From NCBI GenBank assembly GCA_002499545.1, contig DAME01000024.1, forward strand, positions 4 through 63,432: 63,429 nt of DNA. Direction: 5' to 3'. The stretch is from Euryarchaeota archaeon UBA88. Its GTDB lineage: Archaea; Thermoplasmatota; Poseidoniia; Poseidoniales; Poseidoniaceae. This document shows, in pieces, positions 1-9,164 of the stretch. The notes beneath the pieces were generated by a model. The model searched no databases. It was given only the letters and a program-made list of their open reading frames with translations, and had not been told where the DNA came from. Both the position numbers and the translations under genes were made by a program. Each line of letters opens with the position of its first letter. Positions within the stretch are counted from its first letter, which is position 1.

Positions 1-68
1 TATCGCTCTTTGAATCAATGAATGAATTCAGCCGAATACCCTATGTCCTCTGCAACTTTCGAAGGTGT

Positions 69-1232
69 ATGGCGCGTATTGCAATGGTCGTATCCAACGG
101 CTGTTCACCGGACCCAAGGGTACTGCGACACGCTAGATGGTTGGTCGAGTCGGGCCATGAAGTAACTGTGCACGCGTTTGATCGACTCCAGCTGTATCCT
201 AAGAGCGAAGACAGGTATGGAGTTCGAATCATGCGATACCATCTAGGTGAATATTCATATGGTGCCCGATTCAAAACACTCCGTGGTATTCGTGAATTCA
301 AGAAGCAAGTACTACGTGGCTTAATGCACAGGACTCCTGACATTCTCTATTGCCATGATGCTGACACGTTGAGTCTTGGAATGAGACTGAATCGTCAACG
401 TTCAATCCCAGTGGTTTTTGATATGCACGACCTTCACCATACTTGGGTTCGAATGCATGCGCCACGTTCACTGCTTCGGAAGTTAGTGAGCAGTATACAA
501 CAGCGTTCAATGCTTAAGATGTTAAGAGATACAGATCTCATCATCGTATCAAGCGGAAAAATCAACTCTGAATCCAAGCATCCTGGATTCCGGGAATATC
601 TCTCGAACCGTGGGTTTCAATCACTGGTAGTCGAAAACAGAACTGACACATTGAGTCATCGCCAACCGAACGATTCCAAAGAGTGGACTGTAGGTTATGC
701 CGGTAGAATCAGAGAAACTGAATCGTTCCAATTCCTGCTTCAGACCGTCGAGAGTTTCGACTTAGAAAATAGGCCAAAGGTTCGAATCGCTGGAGACGGA
801 ATTTCATCCCTCAATGTTAAACGAATGCTGTCCGAATTTGAAAAAAAGGGAATCCGTACTGAGTTTTCTGAAGGCTTTCAAGAAAGCGAACTGGAGGGCA
901 TCCTCGAAGGTATTGATGTAATGTTTGCAATGTATTCACCTGAGCGTGGAAACATACTACAAGGAGCGTTACCAGTCAAGATGTTTGATGCGGCAGCTCG
1001 TGGGATACCTTCAGTCGTGAACAGTGGGTGCTTAATGGGTGAAATAGCTCAACATGAGCGGATAGGTGTTGCTGTGGAATGGATGAATACTGAATCGCTC
1101 AAAAATGCGCTGACAGCTGCTCGAACTATGACAGTTGAGTCGCACGACATGAGTGCAAAACAACGGAATGAACTCGTTGATTCGATTCAAAAAATACTCA
1201 CACGAACGGTGGACGAACAACCACTGCTCTGA
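69..1232 (+). CDS. Glycosyltransferase family 4 (GT-B)
   Basis: N-terminal 'DPRV' and 'CHDADTL...VVFDMHD'; C-terminal 'PVKMFDAAARGIPSV' donor-binding motif. Start moved to ATG 69 behind GAAGGTG. Confidence 0.85.
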   Translation: MARIAMVVSNGCSPDPRVLRHARWLVESGHEVTVHAFDRLQLYPKSEDRYGVRIMRYHLGEYSYGARFKTLRGIREFKKQVLRGLMHRTPDILYCHDADTLSLGMRLNRQRSIPVVFDMHDLHHTWVRMHAPRSLLRKLVSSIQQRSMLKMLRDTDLIIVSSGKINSESKHPGFREYLSNRGFQSLVVENRTDTLSHRQPNDSKEWTVGYAGRIRETESFQFLLQTVESFDLENRPKVRIAGDGISSLNVKRMLSEFEKKGIRTEFSEGFQESELEGILEGIDVMFAMYSPERGNILQGALPVKMFDAAARGIPSVVNSGCLMGEIAQHERIGVAVEWMNTESLKNALTAARTMTVESHDMSAKQRNELVDSIQKILTRTVDEQPLL

Positions 1233-2316
1233 CCGATTTTCGAGGGCTTGCGACGATAAGCACTTCGTCACCTTCACTCACTGAGTGCATGTATCCGATT
1301 CCGATACCGATGTTGTCAAGGCTTGGAGCTGGCGCTCCAGAACTCAAACGGCCAATCAAGGTGCCATCGAGTGTGGTGACTTCTTTTCCTGGACGAGGTA
1401 GAGGTCCTTTCTCCGTGTAGCGAATACCCCACCATCGAGCATCGTTTGCATCATGGCTTACGACGCGGTGTTTTCCGATAAATTCGTGTTCGAGATCAAG
1501 GCCAAATGGAACATTGGTTTCCCACGAATCACGGCGCAAGAATCCATCCGAATCAGGTTCATCCAATGGTGGCCAACAAAAGTCAACCCCCGAGAGGAGG
1601 AATCCTTTCTCTAGTCTTAGCGTGTCACGTGCTCCGAGGCCGACTGGGACTGCATTTGCTTTGATGAGGTGACTCCACAGGAGCGGAGCCTGATGATTAG
1701 GCACGAAGATTTCATATCCGGCCTCACCGGTATATCCAGTTCCTTGAATCCACCCCTGGATACCGAGATTGTTCTCTGAAATCTGCTGCCACTTGAAGCG
1801 TGCAACGTGATTTTCAGAACCGAGAACACTGCCGAGGATATCTTGAGCTGACGGGCCTTGAAGAGCAAGAATTGAGGTGGCATCCGAGAGGTTTTCCAGT
1901 ACAATCGAGCCGTCACTGGGCAAGTGACTGGTGAACCAATCCCACATGACATCAATCATCGAAGCATTGGGGACGCCGAGTATCTCAGTATCGGATACGA
2001 CAGCGAAAATCATGTCGTCAATGAGTTGACCTTGTTCATCAAGGAAGTGCGTGTAAGCGCATCGAGGTGCCGAAATACCCGTTACTTTCTGAGTCGCCAG
2101 TGATTCCAACCACGCCTTCACATTCGCTCCAGTGAACCGGAACGAGCCCATGTGTGAGACGTCGAACAAGCCAGCAGACGATCGTGTCGACAGGTGTTCT
2201 TCTTTGATACTTGAATACCAAATTGGAAGTTCAAATCCATGAAAGTCGACGAGGTTTGCATCGAGTTTCACGTGTTCATCATACAATGCCGTCCTGACCG
2301 GTGCACCATCGCTCAT
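1198..2316 (-). CDS. gcvT: Glycine cleavage system T protein (aminomethyltransferase)
   Basis: RTALYDEH, FHGFELPIWY, GLFDVSHMG, TGYTGEAGYEI and GLGARDTLRLEKG motifs. TATA-like GTTTAAGG about 25 nt upstream of ATG 2316. Confidence 0.95.
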   Translation of the reverse strand: MSDGAPVRTALYDEHVKLDANLVDFHGFELPIWYSSIKEEHLSTRSSAGLFDVSHMGSFRFTGANVKAWLESLATQKVTGISAPRCAYTHFLDEQGQLIDDMIFAVVSDTEILGVPNASMIDVMWDWFTSHLPSDGSIVLENLSDATSILALQGPSAQDILGSVLGSENHVARFKWQQISENNLGIQGWIQGTGYTGEAGYEIFVPNHQAPLLWSHLIKANAVPVGLGARDTLRLEKGFLLSGVDFCWPPLDEPDSDGFLRRDSWETNVPFGLDLEHEFIGKHRVVSHDANDARWWGIRYTEKGPLPRPGKEVTTLDGTLIGRLSSGAPAPSLDNIGIGIGYMHSVSEGDEVLIVASPRKSVRAVVVRPPFV

Positions 2317-2394
2317 GGCTCGTGGATATCGAGGCACTCCTTAAACTCAAGCAGGATGATACCACACTCTTCAGCACGGACAAAACTCTCACAA

Positions 2395-3813
2395 TCAATT
2401 CAATGCCGGGATACCACGAATGACGTCGTCGCCAATTGCAAGTATTTCCTCAACCAAATTATCGAGAGTTGTTGTAGTGATTTCGGGATTCGTGATGACG
2501 GAGCGCAGGATGACATCGTTACCAATGTTTGATCGACTGACCATGAAATTCCCGTTTCGCATCAGACGACTTCGGAGTTCAGAGTTGAGTTCGTTCAAGT
2601 CCCCGTCGTAGTCGTCAGGAGCGAAGCGAAAGCAGACATTGGTCCACATTCGAGAAGACATCATGCGAAGATGAGAAGAGGATTCTACTTTCTCGACTAG
2701 ATATCCTGCAAGGTCTTGGTATCTTTCAACCAATTGAGCCCATCCCTCATCCCCGCATTCCCTCCATGCAAGCCATAACTTCAGTGCATCATTTCTTCGA
2801 CCGCATTGCAGTGAATATCGGCCTAAATCGACATCACGGGATTCTTCGTGAAACAGATAATGAGCCACATCACCGTGCGAACACACGCTCGACAGCACGT
2901 CTGAATTCTTGACCAGGAACGCACTGCAGATCAGCGGCAATCCCATCATTTTGTGAGCATCCCAACAGACACTGTCTGCGAACTCAACACCGTCCATCAG
3001 CGAACGATGTGTTGCGGAAAACAGGGCACTCCCTCCCCATGCTGCATCTACGTGATGCCAGAGACCTTCAGCATGTGCAACATCACCAATTTCACGTATC
3101 GGGTCAAATGCACCGCGAACGGTTGTGCCCGCAGTAGATACAACACAGAAAGGAATGTCGCCGTTTCTGCGACTTCGATCAACTTCATCTTTCAAAGCAT
3201 CGGGTCGCATTCGGCCATCGTCGTCGCAGGCCACTTTCACGAGGTTTTGATGGCCGATGCCGATAACGTTCGCTGACATTAAGACAGAATAATGCGCTTC
3301 TTGGGAAACATAAGCCACCATATTGGTGCCGTTCATCCCGGTCCGAGTTGAATTAGGCACCATGATTTCACGAGCGCACAACATCCCGAGCATGTTGCCG
3401 TTTGAACCCCCAGTGGTGAGTGTGCCGGCACCGTCGGTGAATCCAACGAGCTCCCCCATTCGTTTGAGGAGGGTTTGTTCGATCAGCGTCGCCATTGGGG
3501 CAAGCTCGTACGTATACATCGAAGTGTTGGTGAGAGCAGCAATAATTTCACCCGCTAAACCAACCGTATTGATGCCTCCCCAAAGAGGATTCATGAATTC
3601 CGCACGGTTGGTTTTGACGCACGCTAGTAGATATGCATCGATGTCATCAAGAACAGAGCCCATGCCGTTGCCACTCAAGGGTAGTTGTACATCAGAAGTC
3701 CTTGCAAGCGAAGCAAACGGAAGCGGAGAAGCAACCTTTCCAGGTGATTTTCCAGATTCCAGGTAGTCGACCATTCGGTCTGCAATTGCCGATATGAACT
3801 CGTCCAGCTTCAT
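2395..3813 (-). CDS. Group II PLP-dependent amino acid decarboxylase (GAD/CSAD/DDC-like)
   Basis: NTSMYTYELAP, GGSNGNM, AHYS, TAGTTVRGAFDP, HVDAAWGG and DAHK (PLP lysine). Start is 3813 or 3825. Confidence 0.9.
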   Translation of the reverse strand: MKLDEFISAIADRMVDYLESGKSPGKVASPLPFASLARTSDVQLPLSGNGMGSVLDDIDAYLLACVKTNRAEFMNPLWGGINTVGLAGEIIAALTNTSMYTYELAPMATLIEQTLLKRMGELVGFTDGAGTLTTGGSNGNMLGMLCAREIMVPNSTRTGMNGTNMVAYVSQEAHYSVLMSANVIGIGHQNLVKVACDDDGRMRPDALKDEVDRSRRNGDIPFCVVSTAGTTVRGAFDPIREIGDVAHAEGLWHHVDAAWGGSALFSATHRSLMDGVEFADSVCWDAHKMMGLPLICSAFLVKNSDVLSSVCSHGDVAHYLFHEESRDVDLGRYSLQCGRRNDALKLWLAWRECGDEGWAQLVERYQDLAGYLVEKVESSSHLRMMSSRMWTNVCFRFAPDDYDGDLNELNSELRSRLMRNGNFMVSRSNIGNDVILRSVITNPEITTTTLDNLVEEILAIGDDVIRGIPALN

Positions 3814-4138
3814 GGTCCTCAACATGGCTAACTTGAGGGGGCTTTTAGTGTTCATGAGAAAAAGGCTCCTAAACAAGCACTCAAGTGAGGTTTTTCCATC
3901 AACCAATTCCTAGATATGAACATATATTAGGTATATATGCAATCTGAATATTCGATTTGCTACGACTCACATCACTCAGAAAAATTATGGAAAAACGTCG
4001 AATTGGAAGGGAAAATTCGTGTAATTCAATCATAGAAACGAAAACGCTCAATATTCCGATCAAGAACACTGATATCGATGTTCTGATACCGTCCATCCTA
4101 CTTCTCTCCCCGCGTTTCAGCATGCATAGTGCATATAT

Positions 4139-4170
4139 CTCCAGCAACATTGAATAAGCAATTACTGGAG
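4139..4170 (+). promoter_or_regulatory. thiR-thiBPQ promoter: TATA-like ATTGAATA bracketed by the CTCCAG/CTGGAG inverted repeat
   Basis: ATTGAATA at 4149-4156 lies 23-30 nt upstream of ATG 4179. Repeat arms at 4139-4144 and 4165-4170. Confidence 0.45.
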
Positions 4171-4178
4171 CGAAGGCC

Positions 4179-5045
4179 ATGCTTGGCGAAGTAGGCGACA
4201 AATGGATAGGAAGATTACAGCAGCACGTGGCGAAGGATTTGAGAACAAATGGTTGGTCGCAGACAGAGATTGCAGACATTCTAGGTTCTACTCAAAGTAC
4301 GGTTTCTCGCCAAATGCAAAAAACACCCGTTGAACTCAAAGCAAGCGCTGATGAAGCAACCATCGACGGTTGGGGACACGAACTCTCACAAGCGCTGTCC
4401 TCGATGGGGCCGGGTGCAAAGGTGCTTCGACAGCGATTGGTTGTCGAATTTCAGTTCACTGGAAACAACACGCTCCGATTCGATAAAACACTCACAGGAA
4501 TGGACTTGGATGCCGGGCAAGAACAAACAGCCTTACTACGTCGACTCGAATGGGCAGCAGGACGCCTTGATGTTCGTCGCATAGAGCAAGCAATTCCTGC
4601 GGTTGGGCTCAACATTGCATCCTGTAATGTGGGTGCATCTGAACCATCGGACATAGCCGCATTCCCTGGAAGAATCACGCTGGTTGATGGAGTACTTCGA
4701 CACCATGAAACACCTAGCTTTGGCTCCTCCAAGCATCTAGCCAATCTCCTCCTTGCTGTTCACAGCCTTGATGAAAGCAAAACAGCAGTGCTGAACATTC
4801 GACCACCGACAGAATCTGGTGCAGTGAAAACCGAACTCATTCAGCGGGCGTGTGAGCAACTTGGATTTACGTTTTCTTTCGCCCCAAAAGCCAAGGTTGA
4901 TGAGTCGATTGGTCGATACGATGTACTGCTTGACGTAGGCGACTTTGGATGGGAGCCAACCACCTATGTTTGTGCTCACAATGCCCTCGAATTGGTTGAT
5001 AGAACCCATCAGTTGATCAGCGTCATCAAGGAGTTGGAAGCATGA
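4179..5045 (+). CDS. thiR: ThiR-type regulator: HTH fused to a ThiN-like thiamine-phosphate-binding domain
   Basis: XRE-like HTH (GWSQTEIADILGSTQSTVSR) plus ThiN motifs (IPAVGLNIA, AAFPGRI, FGSSKHLA, GDFGWEP). First gene of a thiamine ABC operon. Confidence 0.85.
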   Translation: MLGEVGDKWIGRLQQHVAKDLRTNGWSQTEIADILGSTQSTVSRQMQKTPVELKASADEATIDGWGHELSQALSSMGPGAKVLRQRLVVEFQFTGNNTLRFDKTLTGMDLDAGQEQTALLRRLEWAAGRLDVRRIEQAIPAVGLNIASCNVGASEPSDIAAFPGRITLVDGVLRHHETPSFGSSKHLANLLLAVHSLDESKTAVLNIRPPTESGAVKTELIQRACEQLGFTFSFAPKAKVDESIGRYDVLLDVGDFGWEPTTYVCAHNALELVDRTHQLISVIKELEA

Positions 5046-6133
5046 ATCTCAAAGTATTCAGCATCCTTGGAATTCTTCTCTTGAGTTCGCTGAGTGGATG
5101 CCTCTCTGGTGATTCAAACGATGAGGAAGTGACCCTCAAAATCCTCACCTATGACATCAATGCACTCTCAGATGAACTCATTGGGCAGTTCACCAATCAG
5201 ACCGGTATTCAAGTCGAATTTATTCGAACGGATGATGCAGGTGGCATTTTGGACCAAATGATGCTCACTCAATCTGCTCCTTTAGCAGACCTGATGATCG
5301 GTCTTGACAACACCTACTTACCAACCGCAATTGAAAATGGTTTGCTCATGGAACATTCCGCATCGATGGACAACTTCACCAGTTCGTCGCTTGAATTCTA
5401 TCAGGGGCCATTGGCAATTCCCTTTGACGAAGGCGATGTGTGCCTCAATTATGACGAAGATGCTCTGGCTGCTGCAAACATGACGGTACCCACTTCATTG
5501 TGGAACCTCACTGAACCAGAATGGAACGGTAAAATGGCATTCCCCTCGCCGATGACCTCTTCACCTGGACGAGCATTCTTGACTGCAACTGTTGATTATT
5601 TCAGCCACGCCCCCGGTAACGAAAGTGGCAACATGAGCCAATGGTGGTCAAGCATTGCGGACAATAATGCCATTTTTACGTCCGGTTGGACCGAAGCATA
5701 CGAGACATACTATACTGGAGGGTATGGTATATGGAGTGAAGGATACCTTGGAGGTGCTTACCTTACTGTATCCTACTGCCATTCTCCTGGAGTCGAAGCC
5801 TTCTATTCAGAAAACTACACGCATTCGACGTCATTGGTACTTCCAAGAGCGTCGTTCCATCAAGTAGAATATGCCGGGATTATCAACGGAGCTTCCGAAG
5901 TGGAAGCGGCGAACCTCTTCATCGAATTTTTGACATCGAGTGAAGTGAATGTTAACATGCCTGAGAACAACTTGATGTATTCAATTCTCGAAGGTACAGA
6001 CCTTCCTGAAACAAATGGATACAGGTTCCATGCAGATGATGCCATTCAGAGCAATGCCATCACACAAGCCATGATTGAACAGAGCATGGACGATTGGCTT
6101 GCTGAGTGGCAAGAAGCCGTCCGGACCAATTGA
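5042..6133 (+). CDS. thiB: Thiamine ABC transporter substrate-binding lipoprotein
   Basis: Lipobox LSGC; ILTYD, GLDN, PMTSSPGRAFL, GWTEAY, VSYCHSP and QVEYAGI are TbpA-family motifs. ATGA overlap with thiR. Confidence 0.9.
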   Translation: MNLKVFSILGILLLSSLSGCLSGDSNDEEVTLKILTYDINALSDELIGQFTNQTGIQVEFIRTDDAGGILDQMMLTQSAPLADLMIGLDNTYLPTAIENGLLMEHSASMDNFTSSSLEFYQGPLAIPFDEGDVCLNYDEDALAAANMTVPTSLWNLTEPEWNGKMAFPSPMTSSPGRAFLTATVDYFSHAPGNESGNMSQWWSSIADNNAIFTSGWTEAYETYYTGGYGIWSEGYLGGAYLTVSYCHSPGVEAFYSENYTHSTSLVLPRASFHQVEYAGIINGASEVEAANLFIEFLTSSEVNVNMPENNLMYSILEGTDLPETNGYRFHADDAIQSNAITQAMIEQSMDDWLAEWQEAVRTN

Positions 6134-6146
6134 GGATGAGTTCGGC

Positions 6147-7925
6147 GTGGAATTCGTTGCCAATTCACGAGATGTTCGCCTCTTCCAGCGTTCTTCAAAC
6201 GTGGTTCGAACGGTTGCTGCCGTCGTTTTTCTTGTCGGCTCAACAGTGCCGTTCATGTACGCTCTAGCTCGACTTGAACTGGTGACTGAATGGTCTGCAT
6301 GGGAGGCTTTGATTCGCTTCTCGAGCGTTGATGGGGCAGTGCAGGCTCTGCAGTTCACCCTGTTGGAATCTCTTGCCTCATCGCTGCTCACCGTGGCATT
6401 CGGCCTTCCCATCGCATGGTGTTTAAGCCGCTACCAGTGGAGAAGAATCCGTCTGTTGCGGGCCATGTTGGCCGTACCATTTGTCACACCAGCCATCGTC
6501 GCCTCTATGGGTTTTCTCAGCCTCTTACGGCCGGATGGGGTGCTAGCGAAGTGCGGTATCGACCTGCGGCTTGAAACCGGTATAATTGGTTGGTTTGCAG
6601 ACGCTTCAGGTTGGGCTAATCCGGGCCATTTCGTGGCGTTAATTCTCGCACATGCATGGTTCAACCTTTCGTTGATGATCCGTTTTGTCGAACCTATGCT
6701 CGCCTCACTGGACCCTGCATGGGAAGAGCAACTGTCCCTGCTACCAGCCGGACAACGAAGGTTAACACGCATTCGTACGTTGTGGCTACCAATTCTTGGC
6801 CCCGCTGTCCTGTGCGCTGCAGCGCTCAGTTTCCTGTTCTCTTTCACCTCTTTTGCACTGGTCAAATGGCTCACACCAAACAACAGTAATCTCGAATCAC
6901 TGATGGCTGAGGCTGGCTCATCAGCAGGCATTATTGGGTACAGAGTTGATTCGAGTGAACTCATTTACTCGACCGCCTTGGTCCAATTTCTGATTTTGTT
7001 GCTGACCTTGTGGCTCACTGCTCAATTTCAAAAACAATATTCTCAGCGTCTTTCGCTGCTGAGTGAGGTCGATGTTCGCAAGCACCATGGCACCCCACCT
7101 CTGGCGGCGAAGCTCACCATTCTAGCGGGTGGTGTGTTCACCCTTTCTCCGTTCATATCGACCTTGTTTTCTTCATTTCGAATTCGTCAAATCACGGATG
7201 GTGCAACTGAACATGTATGGACCTTGGATGGATGGAGAAATGCTTGGAGCGGCGACCTCTCTACCATGGGAGCCCAAGAAGCGATGACACATTCACTCAT
7301 CTACGCAGTATGCACACTGATTGTCGCACTACCCCTGGGATGGATTTTAGCATCAACAATCTACCATCTTGAACAGAGTGGCTGGTCGAAATCGTCCAAA
7401 GGCTTGGACTTGATGTGTATGCTTCCCTTGGCGGTTTCTGCATTGATGATTGGCTTGGGAGTACTTCTAGGTGGGTTGCGATGGTATCCTGGAATGTTCG
7501 ACTGGTTCTTACTGCCTGTTTATCCTCATGTGCTGTTAACCGTGCCGTTCGTCGTCAGAGTCATGCTACCTGCTTACCATTCACTCGATCCTGCTTTCCA
7601 TGAACAGTGTAGAATGCTCAATCTTTCACATATCCGTTCATGGTATCATGGAAAACTCATGTTCATGCGAGGTCATGCCGTAGTTGCAGGCTCTCTCACG
7701 CTGGCTTTCTCCCTTGGTGAATTCGGCGCGTCGTGGCTGCTCGTGAGGTCTGGATCGTGGGATACCCTCTCGATTGTTATCGACCAACTGATGGGTCGTC
7801 CAAAATTTGACCCGTTGGTGAATCCTACAGCAATGGCTGCCGCAAGTATGTTGATGATGCTCACCTTCGGATTGTTCGTACTGGCCGAACGATTCCGACC
7901 GCACGATGACAGGAGTGGATTCTAA
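6147..7925 (+). CDS. thiP: Thiamine ABC transporter permease (two fused TM modules)
   Basis: Duplicated BPD_transp_1 architecture (ILAHAWFN, FLFSFTSF, FAFSLGEFGA-like LAFSLGEFGA). Start is approximate (GTG 6147). Confidence 0.85.
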   Translation: MEFVANSRDVRLFQRSSNVVRTVAAVVFLVGSTVPFMYALARLELVTEWSAWEALIRFSSVDGAVQALQFTLLESLASSLLTVAFGLPIAWCLSRYQWRRIRLLRAMLAVPFVTPAIVASMGFLSLLRPDGVLAKCGIDLRLETGIIGWFADASGWANPGHFVALILAHAWFNLSLMIRFVEPMLASLDPAWEEQLSLLPAGQRRLTRIRTLWLPILGPAVLCAAALSFLFSFTSFALVKWLTPNNSNLESLMAEAGSSAGIIGYRVDSSELIYSTALVQFLILLLTLWLTAQFQKQYSQRLSLLSEVDVRKHHGTPPLAAKLTILAGGVFTLSPFISTLFSSFRIRQITDGATEHVWTLDGWRNAWSGDLSTMGAQEAMTHSLIYAVCTLIVALPLGWILASTIYHLEQSGWSKSSKGLDLMCMLPLAVSALMIGLGVLLGGLRWYPGMFDWFLLPVYPHVLLTVPFVVRVMLPAYHSLDPAFHEQCRMLNLSHIRSWYHGKLMFMRGHAVVAGSLTLAFSLGEFGASWLLVRSGSWDTLSIVIDQLMGRPKFDPLVNPTAMAAASMLMMLTFGLFVLAERFRPHDDRSGF

Positions 7926-8569
7926 TCAGCGAACAATCTTCCGTAGTAAAGATACGCAACCTCTCCAAAAGCTTCGACGGGGTGATGATCTTCAACGAAT
8001 TGAGCCTCACGCTACACAGTGACGAAATCATCGCTTTGATTGGACCGAGTGGGTGTGGTAAATCCACGCTTTTACGTATGATTTCGGGTCTCGAATCCGT
8101 CGACGAGGGTGCTATTGAGTTTCAAAATCCTGAGCAATCAACCGTTGGTTACGTTTTCCAAAAGCCAATCCTGTACCCGCACCTCACCGTTGAAGGGAAT
8201 GCAGCACTGGGAATTTCTGAAAAACTGAGCAAGGCAGAGCGTTCTCAACGAATTGCTCATGAATTACAGCAAGTTGGGCTTGAGGGTTTCGCACAACGAA
8301 AACCCGACTCATTATCAGGCGGAGAAGCGCAGCGTGTCACAGTGGTTCGTGCATTGTTGAATCAACCGGATGTCTTGCTCTTGGATGAACCGTTTTCAGC
8401 ACTCGACTTACCCACTCGACGAAAAATAGCAAAGGATACTCGAGCTTTTCTAAAATCCAAACATACCGCTGCTATTCACGTCACGCACGACCCTGAAGAA
8501 GCGAGTATTCTTGCAGACAGAGTCATTGAGTGGTCGCATTTAATGCCAGATGTTTCAGATAAAGAGTGA
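7925..8569 (+). CDS. thiQ: Thiamine ABC transporter ATP-binding subunit
   Basis: GPSGCGKST, LSGGEAQR, LLLDEPF, VTHD. The conserved N-terminal strand VKIRNLSKSF lies upstream of the first canonical start (7982); probable ATC start at 7925. Confidence 0.85.
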   Translation: MSEQSSVVKIRNLSKSFDGVMIFNELSLTLHSDEIIALIGPSGCGKSTLLRMISGLESVDEGAIEFQNPEQSTVGYVFQKPILYPHLTVEGNAALGISEKLSKAERSQRIAHELQQVGLEGFAQRKPDSLSGGEAQRVTVVRALLNQPDVLLLDEPFSALDLPTRRKIAKDTRAFLKSKHTAAIHVTHDPEEASILADRVIEWSHLMPDVSDKE

Positions 8570-8624
8570 TTTCCACGGTACGGATAGCATAATAAGTGGC
8601 TGTGTTTACCTTCAACTGGTCATT

Positions 8625-9164
8625 ATGGTCGGAACTCCCTTCGATGTACTCCCCTACATTCGGGGAATACAAATCGTTCTTTCAGGTTATGAAGGGTACA
8701 CTAAGGGAAAGAGGCGTTCAGCAGACCAAGCGATTCGTGAAGAAATTCAGCGGTGCTGTAACCGTGCTCGTTCGCATTTGATGAACGTTCATGACAGTGC
8801 ATTTCAAGACAAAAAAATCGATGTAGCAAAGGCAGCAAAAAATTGCTGCAACAGAATCGATCAGTTTATTGAAAGCGTGAATAAATCACCTTCTGGGATG
8901 AATCATGCTTTTTTCTCCGGCCAACGTTCCGCATCAAATTCCGTACTCAAGAAACTCATCGTTCACGACCATGACGTCATTGAAATGGTGACCAAAGCAG
9001 TCAATGTATCCAACAGCGTCGAACATGCATTTGCAACGAAGGCTTCGAACGACGACGTTATTTCCCTCATCCGACAGTGTGAACAAAAAATTACCAGTTC
9101 AGACGGGTACTTTAGTGCCCGCAATACGGTACTTGACGGATTGAGACAGAAAAAGAAGGTGTGA
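8625..9164 (+). CDS. Conserved alpha-helical protein, partner of the SPFH protein
   Basis: 'GYEGY...RRSADQAIRE...AFFS...LIVHD' pattern resembles a helical family I recall being encoded next to SPFH genes. GTGA-coupled to the next gene. Confidence 0.6.
   Translation: MVGTPFDVLPYIRGIQIVLSGYEGYTKGKRRSADQAIREEIQRCCNRARSHLMNVHDSAFQDKKIDVAKAAKNCCNRIDQFIESVNKSPSGMNHAFFSGQRSASNSVLKKLIVHDHDVIEMVTKAVNVSNSVEHAFATKASNDDVISLIRQCEQKITSSDGYFSARNTVLDGLRQKKKV

Noticed and set aside
3907-4178. TPP riboswitch upstream of the thiamine ABC operon
   Set aside because: No CUGAGA or ACCUGA core. The TATA position implies a leaderless mRNA, and ThiR already explains regulation.
3899-4279. ORFs 3899-4279(-) and 3957-4157(+)
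   Set aside because: They span an AT-rich divergent promoter region, the longer one overlaps the thiR start, and neither has recognisable motifs.
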